From Collinsella sp. (GTDB lineage Bacteria; Actinomycetota; Coriobacteriia; Coriobacteriales; Coriobacteriaceae), in the NCBI GenBank assembly GCA_019419665.1, contig DXZM01000049.1:5352-69351 (forward strand): DNA of 64,000 nt, written 5' to 3'. Positions within the stretch are counted from its first letter, which is position 1; each line of letters begins with the position of its first letter. Positions 52,960 through 62,270 of this stretch are shown piece after piece. The translations under genes and the position numbers were made by a program. The notes below the pieces were generated by a model, which saw only the letters and a list, made by a program, of their open reading frames with translations, ran no database searches and was not told where the DNA came from.

Positions 52960-53796
52960 ATGTTCTGCCCCAAATGCGGTACCAAGAACGTTGACGAGGC
53001 CAAGTTTTGCTGCGCCTGCGGCAATCCGTTCCCCGCGGCATCTGTTACCCCTCCCTCAGATGAAACCGGAAATCCAGTTGTAGCCCCAGACATGGCACCT
53101 GGCGTCGCGCCCATGCCGCAGGCTGCAAAGGTGCAGTCTGCCAATATAGCTGGCAGCAAAAAGAAGTTACCGCTTATCATCGGAGGGGCAGCGGCCGGCG
53201 TCATCGCGCTCGTGCTGATCGCCGTCTTCGTTGTCGTCCCCGCGTTCAACAAGAACCCTTTTAAGGGCTGCCAGGTGGGCGACGTGGTCGAGTTCGGTTC
53301 CTACGAGCAAGACGGTAACGCCTCAAACGGCAAGGAGCCCATCGAGTGGCGCGTCCTGACGGTCGAAGGCAACCGTGCCTATGTCGTGAGTCAAAAGGCC
53401 CTTGATGCCCGCGCGTTCAATACGGATGTGGATGACGGCAACGACTGGAACTCCTCAGACCTCAAGAAATGGCTCGAAAACGACTTTGCTTCCCAGGCCT
53501 TTACGGGCGGTGAGATGAAAGAGATTAACGGCGCCCCTACGCTGCTTTCCGTTGATGAAGCAAATAACTATTTTAAGTCCGACAACGATCGCATCTGCAT
53601 GCCGACCCAGCAGGCCGTGAGCAACGGTGCTTGGACATGGGATGACAACGGCGCGTGCAACTGGTGGCTTCGCTCGCCGGGCGTTGACTCGGATGGCGCG
53701 GCCGACGTCCGCGCAGACGGCTACGTGCACTCCGGCGGCTACTACGTGGACGACACGGCTTACGCCGTCCGCCCCGCTTTATGGGTCAATCTGTAA
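52960..53796 (+). CDS. Zinc-ribbon / TM / DUF6273-like extracellular domain protein
   Basis: The N-terminus MFCPKCGTKNVDEAKFCCACGNPF is a zinc ribbon. A Pro-rich linker, one TM, and a C-terminal domain with FGSYEQD...EPIEWRVL...WWLRSPG follow. RBS GGAAGGAG. The upstream 110 in-frame codons in the ORF track were rejected. Confidence 0.75.
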   Translation: MFCPKCGTKNVDEAKFCCACGNPFPAASVTPPSDETGNPVVAPDMAPGVAPMPQAAKVQSANIAGSKKKLPLIIGGAAAGVIALVLIAVFVVVPAFNKNPFKGCQVGDVVEFGSYEQDGNASNGKEPIEWRVLTVEGNRAYVVSQKALDARAFNTDVDDGNDWNSSDLKKWLENDFASQAFTGGEMKEINGAPTLLSVDEANNYFKSDNDRICMPTQQAVSNGAWTWDDNGACNWWLRSPGVDSDGAADVRADGYVHSGGYYVDDTAYAVRPALWVNL

Positions 53797-53823
53797 TCTA
53801 ATAATCCTCTAATTTATATTTTC

Positions 53824-53867
53824 AAAAAAGAGGGGCCCGGACGTCCGTTGAGACGTTCGGGCCCTCT
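53824..53867 (-). terminator. tex intrinsic terminator
   Basis: GAGGGGCCCGGACGTC / GACGTTCGGGCCCTCT stem, with a T6 tract on the minus strand. Confidence 0.8.
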
Positions 53868-53890
53868 GCTCATGGCATGTTTTTTGCGCG

Positions 53891-56038
53891 CTACTTCCCC
53901 TGCACCATGGTGAGGGAGATCTTTTTGCGGTCGCGATCGACCTTTTCGACCCATACCTTGACCGTGTCGCCGACGCGTACCACGTCGCTCGGGTGCTTGA
54001 CAAAGCGGTTGGCCAGCTTGGAGATGTGCACGAGGCCGTCCTGGTGCACGCCCACGTCGACGAAGGCGCCAAAGTCCACAACGTTGCGCACCGTGCCCTT
54101 GAGCTCCATGCCGGGCTCCAGGTCATCGATGGAAAGTGCCGAGCAGCTAAAGACCACCTCGGGCGCGTCGTCGCGCGGGTCGCGGCCGGGCTTCTTGAGC
54201 TCGTTGACGATGTCGATGAGCGTGAGGGTGCCGCAGTCCAGGTCGCTTGCCAGCGCCGAGATGCTGCCCAGACGGCGCTCAATGTCGGGCACGCCGCCAC
54301 GGCTGAGCTCGCTGGCTTTAACGCCTGCGCGCTCCAGGACGGACGTGGCCACCTCGTAGCTTTCGGGGTGGACGCTCGTCGCGTCGAGCGGGTTCTTGCC
54401 ACCGCTGATGCGCAGGAAGCCCGCGGCGTTGAGATATGCCTTGGGCCCCAGTTTGGGGACCTTCTTAAGCTGGCGGCGATCGGTAAAGGCACCGTTTTCC
54501 TCGCGGTAGGCCACGATGTTCTTGGCCACGCTCGGCGTAATGCCCGATACGTATCCCAGCAGGCTCGCGCTCGCGGTGTTCACGTCGACACCCACGCGGT
54601 TGACGACGTCCTCCACCACGTGGCCCAGGGTGCGCGAGAGCTCGGCCTGGTCAAGGTCGTGCTGGTACTGGCCCACGCCGATGGACTGGGGCGGAATCTT
54701 GACGAGCTCTGCCAGCGGGTCCTGCAGGCGGCGGCCCAAGCTCATGGCGCCGCGCACGGTGACGTCCAGGTCGGGATATTCCTGGCTGGCGAGCTCGGAG
54801 GCGGAGTACACCGACGCGCCGGCCTCGTTGACGATGGTGTATCGCAGTCCGGGTGCCTGCTCGGCAATGAACTCCGAGACGACTTCCTCGGTCTCGCGGC
54901 TGGCGGTGCCGTTGCCGATGACGATGGTGTTGACGCTGTCCTTCTTGACGAGGCGGGCGAGCTCGCGCTTGGTGCCGGCGATGTCGTGGCGCGGCTTGGT
55001 GGGGTAGACCACGCCGTGGTCGAGCAGCTTGCCGGTCTCGTCCATGACGGCGACCTTGCAGCCCGTGCGGTAGCCCGGGTCGAGCGCGAGCACGCGGGCG
55101 CCACGGACGGGGCGTGCCGAGAGCAGGCCTTCGAGATTCTTGGCAAAGACGTTGATGGCCTCGGTCTGGGCGCGGACGGTGAGCTTGGCGCGGGCCTCGC
55201 GCTCCAGCGAGGGGGCCATGAGGCGCTTGTAGCCGTCGGCGATAGCGGTGTCAAAGACGGGCGCGAACACACCCTGGCGACGGGGCCAGCGGCTGCCGAG
55301 GCGCGCCGTGGCGACAGCACCGTCGACGTTCACGCGCACGCGGAGTTTGCCCTCGCGCTCACCGCGGTCGATAGCCAGCACGCGGTGGTTGGGTATACGG
55401 CGCAGCGGCTCGTCAAAGTTGTAGTAGGGCTCGTAGGGAGTCTTTTCGGCGGGGTCGGTGGCCTCGACGACGATGTCGGCGGTGTTTTGCGTAAAGGCGC
55501 GCAGGTCGGCGACGTTCTCGGGATCTTCGGCTACCGTCTCGGCCACGATGTCGGCGGCGCCGGCGAGCGCCTTCTCGGGCGTGTCGAAGCCGGCCTCCTC
55601 GTTGACGTATGCCGCGGCGGCGTCGAGTGCGCTGCCCTTGGCCGAGGCCTGCATGATGATCATGTTGGCGAGCGGCTCCAGGCCGGCCTCGCGGGCCTTT
55701 TGCGCGCGGGTCATGCGCTTTTTGCGGTAGGGCTTGTAGAGGTCCTCGACACGCTGGAGCTGCGTGGCCTCGCGAATCTGCTGTTCGAGTTCGGGCGTGA
55801 GCTTGCCCTGGGCGTCGATGAGCAGAATGACGTCCTCTTTGCGCTGCTCAAGATTGCGCAGGTAGGACAGGCGCTCGTCGAGCGCGCGCAGGGCGACGTC
55901 GTCCATGCCGCCCGTTGCTTCCTTGCGGTAGCGCGAGATAAAGGGGATGGTGTTGCCCTCATCGATGAGCTTGACGGCAGCCTCGACGTTGGCGGCCTTA
56001 AGGTTGAGCTCGCGGGCGAGCTGGGCGATAAGATCCAT
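53891..56038 (-). CDS. tex: Tex-like RNA-binding transcription accessory protein
   Basis: The N-terminus ...NTIPFISRYRKEATGGMDD is the Tex signature. A YqgF-like region, HhH region and C-terminal S1 domain (GTVRNVVDFGAFVDVGVHQDGLVHISK) follow. Confidence 0.92.
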   Translation of the reverse strand: MDLIAQLARELNLKAANVEAAVKLIDEGNTIPFISRYRKEATGGMDDVALRALDERLSYLRNLEQRKEDVILLIDAQGKLTPELEQQIREATQLQRVEDLYKPYRKKRMTRAQKAREAGLEPLANMIIMQASAKGSALDAAAAYVNEEAGFDTPEKALAGAADIVAETVAEDPENVADLRAFTQNTADIVVEATDPAEKTPYEPYYNFDEPLRRIPNHRVLAIDRGEREGKLRVRVNVDGAVATARLGSRWPRRQGVFAPVFDTAIADGYKRLMAPSLEREARAKLTVRAQTEAINVFAKNLEGLLSARPVRGARVLALDPGYRTGCKVAVMDETGKLLDHGVVYPTKPRHDIAGTKRELARLVKKDSVNTIVIGNGTASRETEEVVSEFIAEQAPGLRYTIVNEAGASVYSASELASQEYPDLDVTVRGAMSLGRRLQDPLAELVKIPPQSIGVGQYQHDLDQAELSRTLGHVVEDVVNRVGVDVNTASASLLGYVSGITPSVAKNIVAYREENGAFTDRRQLKKVPKLGPKAYLNAAGFLRISGGKNPLDATSVHPESYEVATSVLERAGVKASELSRGGVPDIERRLGSISALASDLDCGTLTLIDIVNELKKPGRDPRDDAPEVVFSCSALSIDDLEPGMELKGTVRNVVDFGAFVDVGVHQDGLVHISKLANRFVKHPSDVVRVGDTVKVWVEKVDRDRKKISLTMVQGK

Positions 56039-56131
56039 GGGACTCCTTGCGTTTAAGGTGCGTTTGCAGCACAGGGCTACCAAGGATACCACCCGTCCCA
56101 AAAGACTGTTTTGGGGTTGCGCCACGAAAGG

Positions 56132-56269
56132 GGCCTATCTACTACGTTTGAACCGTATGGGTCGACCATCCCCCGGTTTTCCGAAAATCGGCAAGCCGTC
56201 TACCTGCGGTTTTAATTTCGCGAAATTCGGCATGGTTGAGGGTAATCGGTTAAACGTAGTAGATAGGCC
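56132..56269 (-). mobile_element. MITE-like element, about 137 bp, copy 2 (inverted orientation)
   Basis: TIRs GGCCTATCTACTACGTTTG / TAAACGTAGTAGATAGGCC. The internal block AAATTAAAACCGCAGGTAGA..GCTTGCCGATTTTCG is shared with copy 1. Confidence 0.75.
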
Positions 56270-56341
56270 CATTTGGTGGCGAACGAATCAAGCCGAGGTG
56301 CAAAATAGCCCCCGCCCCAGAAAAATCGTCGTTAAGGTAGC

Positions 56342-56376
56342 AAAAAGCCCCGCGGGCAGGAGGCTGCTCGCGGGGC
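56342..56376 (-). terminator. Terminator of the SDR-MFS-Gfo operon
   Basis: GCCCCGCGGGC / GCTCGCGGGGC stem, with a T5 tract on the minus strand. Confidence 0.7.
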
Positions 56377-56449
56377 AAAGAAGAGGGGCTTATTGGTGAC
56401 GGACCGAGGGGCTCGGCATGGGGCTTCTGCCGCGGTCTGCCCTAAGGCA

Positions 56450-57490
56450 TTACAGCTCGACGAGCTGGCCGGTCTCGGCGGCCTCCTTGATGGCGTTGAG
56501 AAGCGTGAGCGTCTTGACGTTATCGGCGGGGGTCACGACGGGCTCGACCTCGCGGCGGACGACCTTCACAAAGTGCTTGAGCTGCATCTTGTGCGGTAGT
56601 GCCGGGTCCACGGCCGGAATCTCCATCTGCAGCGGCTTGTGCCAGTTGGAGGCGCCGTCGTAGGAGAACTGGTGCAGGCGGGGCAGCGACAGGGCGCCCA
56701 AGGTTCCGCCGATAAAGTAGGCGTCGGCGTCGAAGGGACGGTACTGCGGATCCTCGCGAGCGGTTGCCTCCCAGTTCCAGGGGCTGGCGGTGGCGTCGGA
56801 GATGGTCATGCTCGCGAGCGCGCCATCGGCAAAACGAACGTTGACCACGGCGGAGTCCTCGGTCTCAAAACCGCGGGCGGCGCTGGACTGCATACCCTGG
56901 ACGGCAACGGGCTCGCCCAGCAGGTAGCGGAGCAGGTCGACGTCGTGCACCAGGTTGACCAGGATCGGGCCGGCACCCTTCTTGCGGCGCCACTCGACAT
57001 CGAAGTACTCGTCATTCTTATAGATCATGTAGTGGAAGCTCGACACGGTGAGCTTGCCCAGCTCGCCGGCCTCGATGATCTCCTTGGCCTTGTTGACGAA
57101 GGGATTGTGGCGACGGTGCTGACCCACGAGCACGGGCACGCCGGCGGTCTCTGCCTCGGCGGCGAAGGACTGGGCATCCTCGAGGTCGTTGGAGATCGGC
57201 TTTTCGACCAGCGGCACGATGTTGCGCTTCACAGCCTCGCGGGCAACGCCCAGGTGTAGGTCGTTGGGCGTGGCGATGATGACGGCCTCGGGCTTGACCT
57301 CGTCCATCATCTGGGCGGGATCGGTAAAGAACGGCACGCCGGCGGCCTCGGCCGTGGCGCGGGCGCCCTCAAAGGCGTCGGCGATGGCGACGAGCTCGGC
57401 CTCGGGCTCCTCGGTGACAAAGCGGATGTGGTTGCGGCCCATGGCGCCGGCGCCGATAACGGCAATGCGGACGGGGTTGAGCTCAGACAT
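56450..57490 (-). CDS. Gfo/Idh/MocA-family NAD(P)-dependent oxidoreductase
   Basis: VRIAVIGAGAMGRNHI Rossmann motif and EKP motif. 346 aa. Confidence 0.85.
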   Translation of the reverse strand: MSELNPVRIAVIGAGAMGRNHIRFVTEEPEAELVAIADAFEGARATAEAAGVPFFTDPAQMMDEVKPEAVIIATPNDLHLGVAREAVKRNIVPLVEKPISNDLEDAQSFAAEAETAGVPVLVGQHRRHNPFVNKAKEIIEAGELGKLTVSSFHYMIYKNDEYFDVEWRRKKGAGPILVNLVHDVDLLRYLLGEPVAVQGMQSSAARGFETEDSAVVNVRFADGALASMTISDATASPWNWEATAREDPQYRPFDADAYFIGGTLGALSLPRLHQFSYDGASNWHKPLQMEIPAVDPALPHKMQLKHFVKVVRREVEPVVTPADNVKTLTLLNAIKEAAETGQLVEL

Positions 57491-57520
57491 TTCGACTCCT
57501 TAATACTGGTGACCGGTGGA

Positions 57521-57551
57521 ATGCGACAAAGGGGCTGTCCCTTTGTCGCAT
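57521..57551. repeat. Hairpin repeat family 1, copy 4
   Basis: ATGCGACAAAGGGGCTGTCCCTTTGTCGCAT, between the MFS stop and the Gfo oxidoreductase start. Confidence 0.8.
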
Positions 57552-57559
57552 CGGTAAAA

Positions 57560-58816
57560 CTAGGCGGACTTCTTCTTGCTGTCGGAGACCATCATGTAGA
57601 CGGTGAGCACGACGGCGATGGCGGCGATCACAATGGCGCCGTAGAAAGACTGCTGGTAGGCGGCGCTGCCGGCCTCGGCGTGATACAGCACGGCGGTGAT
57701 GGGCTGGCTGATCCAGGTGGAGGCGGCGTAACCCAAAAACATGATGCCGTAGTTGACGCCGATGTTGCTGGTGCCAAAGGCGCCACCAGTGAGCGGCGGG
57801 TAGATGACGAGCAGGGCGCCAAAGCTAAAGCCGAGCAGGGCGAGCGCCACAAAGAACATGCTCTGCGTAAAGCTCATCGACATGATGACGAGCGCGACGA
57901 TGGTGACGACAAGGCTGATGAGCAGCGACTTATAGGCGCCGAGCTTGTCGATGATCTGGCCAAAGGACAGACGACCGACCAGGTTGGCGCAGGTGTTGAC
58001 GGAGACGACCACACCGCCGAGGGCGACGGCCGCGGCACTCGTGGGGTCGGCGAAGAGCTGGACGGCGGCGATGGAGGCAACCTTGCCCACGAGCAGGGTG
58101 CCCGCGGTGGCGGCAAAGGCGAAGGTGACGATGAGGACCCAGAAGCGCGGGGTCTTGACCATCTCGCCCGGGGTGAGGTCACCGAAGGTGCCGGCATGCG
58201 CGCCGCCCTTGGGGGCCTCGAAGCCCTCGGGCAGCCAACCGGCCTCGGGGGCCTTCAGGAACAGGGCGGAGGCGGCGATCGTCACAAAGAAGATGACGCC
58301 GAGTGCCTTGAGGGCGTCAAAGATGCCCAGGCTCGGGATGAGCAGCGAAGCGAGCACCGGGGACAGCACGGCGGGGCCGGCGGTCGAAGCGGCCAGGGTG
58401 ATGCCGGAGGCGAGACCCTTCTTGTCGATGAACCACTTTTGGCCGGTGGTGAGCGCCGGGTTGTAGCCCAGGCCGTTGCCGATGGCGGCGACGAGCGAGA
58501 ACCACAGGTAGAACTGCCACGGCTCGGTGACGGTGCCGGACATGAACCAGCCCACGCCGTAGCACACGGCGGCGGCGATCACGACGTTGCGCGGGCCGAT
58601 CTTATCGGAGATACGGCCGGCGAAGATGCCCGTCACGGCCATGATGGTCTGAAAGACCGGGAAAGCCCAGGTAAGGGCGCTCGACCACTCGGGGTAGACG
58701 GCGAGCAGGTTCTTGCTCACGACGGAATACAGCGCGATGGAGCTGATGAAGAACATGGTGACGCACGCGGCGGAAAGCACGACGGCGCGACCCTTGTTGG
58801 AGTTGGTGGAAGCCAT
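57560..58816 (-). CDS. MFS transporter (oxalate/formate antiporter-like subfamily)
   Basis: 418 aa with 12 predicted TM segments. Loop motif GRISDKIGPR between TM2 and TM3. Confidence 0.8.
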   Translation of the reverse strand: MASTNSNKGRAVVLSAACVTMFFISSIALYSVVSKNLLAVYPEWSSALTWAFPVFQTIMAVTGIFAGRISDKIGPRNVVIAAAVCYGVGWFMSGTVTEPWQFYLWFSLVAAIGNGLGYNPALTTGQKWFIDKKGLASGITLAASTAGPAVLSPVLASLLIPSLGIFDALKALGVIFFVTIAASALFLKAPEAGWLPEGFEAPKGGAHAGTFGDLTPGEMVKTPRFWVLIVTFAFAATAGTLLVGKVASIAAVQLFADPTSAAAVALGGVVVSVNTCANLVGRLSFGQIIDKLGAYKSLLISLVVTIVALVIMSMSFTQSMFFVALALLGFSFGALLVIYPPLTGGAFGTSNIGVNYGIMFLGYAASTWISQPITAVLYHAEAGSAAYQQSFYGAIVIAAIAVVLTVYMMVSDSKKKSA

Positions 58817-58882
58817 TGGACTCTTTCTAATCGATACGGGGGAGGAGCGGGCGTGTCCGCGGGGCCTCCCTGTCAGGTTGGT

Positions 58883-59764
58883 TTACTGGTCAGTCGGCTT
58901 GGCGACGCCGGACTCATCGGACCAGAGCTCGACACCCTTGTTCTTAAGGTAGTTGTCGGCATAGGCGCGACGGCCGCCGGGCTTGGCGGTGAGGTCGCCC
59001 ATCATGTTGGAGAAGCCGCCGTCGACCTTGATGGCGTCGCCGGTGGTAAAGTCCGAGCGCGTGGACGCCAGGAACATGACGGCGTTGGCGATATCGCTGA
59101 CCTCGCCGATGCGGCGCGTGGCGATCAGACGGCTGCGGCTCTTTTCGACCTCGGGGTCGGCGTAGAAGTTGGCCGACATCGGGGTCTTAACGAAGCAGGG
59201 CTCGACGCAGTTGGAGCGGACGCCGTAGGGGCCCCACTCGGCGGCGAGCATCTTGGACATCATGTTGACGCCGGCCTTGGTGGAGCTGTACACGCCCGAG
59301 AACGTCTCGGGGGAGTGGCTGGCGACGGTCGAGATGTGCACCAGGCGACCCTGGCCGGCCTTGATCATCTCGCGACCAAAGCGCTGCGAGGTGATGAAGT
59401 AGCCGGTGAGATTGACGTTGAGCACCTGCTCCCAGTCGCTTAGCGGCAGGTCCTCCATGGCGGCGAAGCGCAGGATGCCGGCGGTGTTGACGAGGACGTC
59501 GACGCGGCCGAAGTTGGCGATGGTGGCGTCGACGGCAGCCTGAACCTCGGCCTCGTCAGTGGCGTTCATCTTGTAACCCTCGGCGTGGATGCCAAACTCG
59601 GCAGCGAGGTCGGCGGCAGCGGCCTTGACCTTTTCCTCGTCCAGATCGAGTAGGACGACGTTGGCGCCATTGCGGGCGAACTCGCGGCAGATCTCGGCGC
59701 CCATACCGCCGAGCGCGCCAGTCACGGCGCAGACATCGCCCTCGAGCTTAAGCCAATTGCTCAT
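58883..59764 (-). CDS. Short-chain dehydrogenase/reductase (SDR) with C-terminal extension
   Basis: Contains TGALGGMG (TGxxxGxG), NTAG and YSSTKAG (YxxxK). About 35 extra C-terminal residues. Confidence 0.85.
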   Translation of the reverse strand: MSNWLKLEGDVCAVTGALGGMGAEICREFARNGANVVLLDLDEEKVKAAAADLAAEFGIHAEGYKMNATDEAEVQAAVDATIANFGRVDVLVNTAGILRFAAMEDLPLSDWEQVLNVNLTGYFITSQRFGREMIKAGQGRLVHISTVASHSPETFSGVYSSTKAGVNMMSKMLAAEWGPYGVRSNCVEPCFVKTPMSANFYADPEVEKSRSRLIATRRIGEVSDIANAVMFLASTRSDFTTGDAIKVDGGFSNMMGDLTAKPGGRRAYADNYLKNKGVELWSDESGVAKPTDQ

Positions 59765-59998
59765 AGGAACTTCCCTTCTTGTGCCTCCCGGTGGGTCGCT
59801 CCCATTAACCGACCCACGTGGTTTTCGCTGGTTATCGTATGCTTTGCATTTGCGCAGGTGAATTGCATATTTGTTAGAATGGCGTTAACCGTAGGTTTAT
59901 ACTGTGCGATGCAGTTTATTCTCAATTGAGCGCGTGACCTGCGAAAACAACCCCCCTGTGGCACCATGCGGTCACGGGCGCGAAAACGGGAGATTGAC

Positions 59999-60877
59999 GT
60001 GTACGATCGACGACTTGAGGCCATATCGGCCGCCGCGGAGCTGGGAAGCTTCTCGCGTGCGGCGGCAAAATTGCGCGTGTCGACTCCGGCGCTCGTCAAG
60101 CAGGTGTCGGGCTTCGAGGCCGAGTTCGGCATCACGCTGTTCGAACGCTCGCACTCGGGCGTCAAGGCGACGCCGGCCGGCGCACTGCTGGTGGACGATG
60201 CGCGCTCGATCATGCGGCAGTCCGAGGACGCGCTGCGCCGTGCCCGGCGCGCGGCGGGCGATGGCGGTGCCGTGCGCCTGGGCGTGTCGATGATGTGTCC
60301 GGGGCGTCAAACGCTGTCGATGTGGACGGGCATCCACGATTTGGAGCCGTCGCTGCGATTTGAGATCGTGCCGGTAAGCGATCTCTACGACGAGCGCGAA
60401 TCCGTCATGCGCAGCCTTGGCCGCGAGGTGGATGTAGTGCAGTCGAGTTTTTCGACTCCGCGCTGGGGCGACACCTGCCAAAAGCTCCGCATTGTCAACG
60501 TGCCGTTTTATATCGACCTGCCGCGCACGAGCCCGCTGGCGCGCAAGACGCGCATCACGGTTGCCGACCTGGAGGGCAAGCGCCTGCGCGTGCTCCGTCA
60601 CGGCAACGACGCTATGGACAGCCTGCGTATCGATCTGTTGGCCGACGGCGGCGTGGATGTGATCGACGTGGATAGCTTCGACTTTGCGCTCTTTAACGAG
60701 GCGGAGGAAAAGGGTGACGCGGTGCTCACCTGCGGAGCGTGGTCGGGGGTGCACCCGGCCTTTGTGGGCGTGCCGTTCCTGTGCGGCCGCGAGGTGCCAG
60801 TCTTTCTGCACTACCCGCTCGAGCCCACCCTCCAAGTCCAAAAATTCGTCAACGCCATGGCTCAGCTTCTCAAATAA
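59999..60877 (+). CDS. LysR-family transcriptional regulator
   Basis: The HTH LEAISAAAELGSFSRAAAKLRVSTPALVKQVSGFEAEFGITLFER is present. GTG at 59999 follows GGGAG. It is divergent from the SDR-MFS-Gfo operon. Confidence 0.85.
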   Translation: MYDRRLEAISAAAELGSFSRAAAKLRVSTPALVKQVSGFEAEFGITLFERSHSGVKATPAGALLVDDARSIMRQSEDALRRARRAAGDGGAVRLGVSMMCPGRQTLSMWTGIHDLEPSLRFEIVPVSDLYDERESVMRSLGREVDVVQSSFSTPRWGDTCQKLRIVNVPFYIDLPRTSPLARKTRITVADLEGKRLRVLRHGNDAMDSLRIDLLADGGVDVIDVDSFDFALFNEAEEKGDAVLTCGAWSGVHPAFVGVPFLCGREVPVFLHYPLEPTLQVQKFVNAMAQLLK

Positions 60878-60997
60878 CTATCGTGTCGATGATTCTTTAA
60901 TCCCCGTCCTAGAAAAATCATCTGGTAGAGTTGACCTCACGTGAATTTCAGCACACTGCGTGCTACCTGCACTTTTGTCATTTAGGGGATTGAACTT

Positions 60998-62089
60998 GTG
61001 AATACTTCTGTCGCCAAGAAGGCCAGCCAGGCGGTGCGCCTGCTCATGATGGTGCTCACGGCAGTTCTCATCTTCTTCTTCATCAATGTTATGCTGCTCG
61101 TCTCCGATATCCAGGGCACGGCGCGCGTGGTCAACTACGCCGGTCTGGTGCGCGGTGCCACGCAGCGAATCGTTAAGCTCGAGGACGCGGGCCAGCCTCA
61201 AGATGGCCTGCTCAAAGCCGTGGATTCATACATCAACGGCTTGCGTTACGGAAGTGACGACCTCAACCTCGTCCGTCTCGACGACGACGAGTATCAGGCA
61301 AAGATGACCGAGCTTGCAAATTATTTTGATGAGCTTTGCGCCGAGATCATCCGCGTGCGCGAAGTCGGCTACGAGAACACCGACATCATCTCCATGAGCG
61401 AGGAGTTCTTTGGCATTTGCGACGATGCTACGCGACTCGCAGAGGACTACTCTCAGGAGAAGGCGTCGGCGCTCAACTATCTCGAGGGCTTGGTGATCAT
61501 CGACATCGTGGGCTTGGTGGCGACCTTTGCGGTCGAACTTGTTCGCGCGGTGCGAACTGCCGCGCTCAATCGCGAACTGCAGAACAAAGTCTATCTCGAC
61601 GAAGCCACGGGACTGCCCAATAAGAACAAGTGCGAGGAGATCTTGGGGCAGGAGCAGCCTGTCTCCACGGAGGCGCCCGTTGCGCTGTGCGTCTTCGATC
61701 TTAACAATCTGCATATGGTCAATAACACCTTTGGCCACGAGAAGGGTGACGAATACATCCGTTCTTTTGCCCGGCAGCTGGGGCGCGTGGCGTCCGAGAC
61801 TTGCTTTGTGGGCCGCGACGGCGGCGATGAGTTTATCGCGGTGCTGTGGGATGCCGATCGGGTTGCCGTGGAGTCCTGTCTCGCTCGGGTTCGTGCGAAC
61901 GTGAACGAGTATTCCGGGGCCCACCCCGACATGCCTATCAGCTATGCGGTGGGCTACGCGCTTTCCAGTGATTTTGACGAGCCGCCTACCATGCGTGAAC
62001 TCTTTTCCCAAGCCGACAAAAACATGTACATCGACAAGAACCGCGTAAAGACAGCCGAGGCAGCCGGGCTGCAACGCGAGGAACGGTAA
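60998..62089 (+). CDS. Diguanylate cyclase (GGDEF) with N-terminal two-TM PilJ/NarX-like helical sensor domain
   Basis: Catalytic GGDEF (RDGGDEFIAVL) with DLNNLHMVNNTFGHEKGD upstream. The extracytoplasmic segment contains VNYAGLVRGATQRIVK, resembling the P-box of PilJ/NarX-type sensors. GTG start. Confidence 0.8.
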   Translation: MNTSVAKKASQAVRLLMMVLTAVLIFFFINVMLLVSDIQGTARVVNYAGLVRGATQRIVKLEDAGQPQDGLLKAVDSYINGLRYGSDDLNLVRLDDDEYQAKMTELANYFDELCAEIIRVREVGYENTDIISMSEEFFGICDDATRLAEDYSQEKASALNYLEGLVIIDIVGLVATFAVELVRAVRTAALNRELQNKVYLDEATGLPNKNKCEEILGQEQPVSTEAPVALCVFDLNNLHMVNNTFGHEKGDEYIRSFARQLGRVASETCFVGRDGGDEFIAVLWDADRVAVESCLARVRANVNEYSGAHPDMPISYAVGYALSSDFDEPPTMRELFSQADKNMYIDKNRVKTAEAAGLQREER

Positions 62090-62110
62090 GCTCGTAACGG
62101 AGGGCATAGA

Positions 62111-62150
62111 AAAGCCTCCGCAGCTCGTGTGTGCTGCGGAGGCTTTATTC
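62111..62150. terminator. Bidirectional terminator between the GGDEF gene and the convergent ABC exporter
   Basis: AAAGCCTCCGCAGC-N7-GCTGCGGAGGCTTT. Confidence 0.8.
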
Positions 62151-62270
62151 GTTGCGGTGCATTGTGTTTGGGTCGTTGAGATGAGTCGATTTGCCCCGAA
62201 AGAGGAGAGCATTGACCTTAGGGCCATGCCCGACGAATGAGCGGCAAATCGGCCATCTCGGCGAGCCGAA

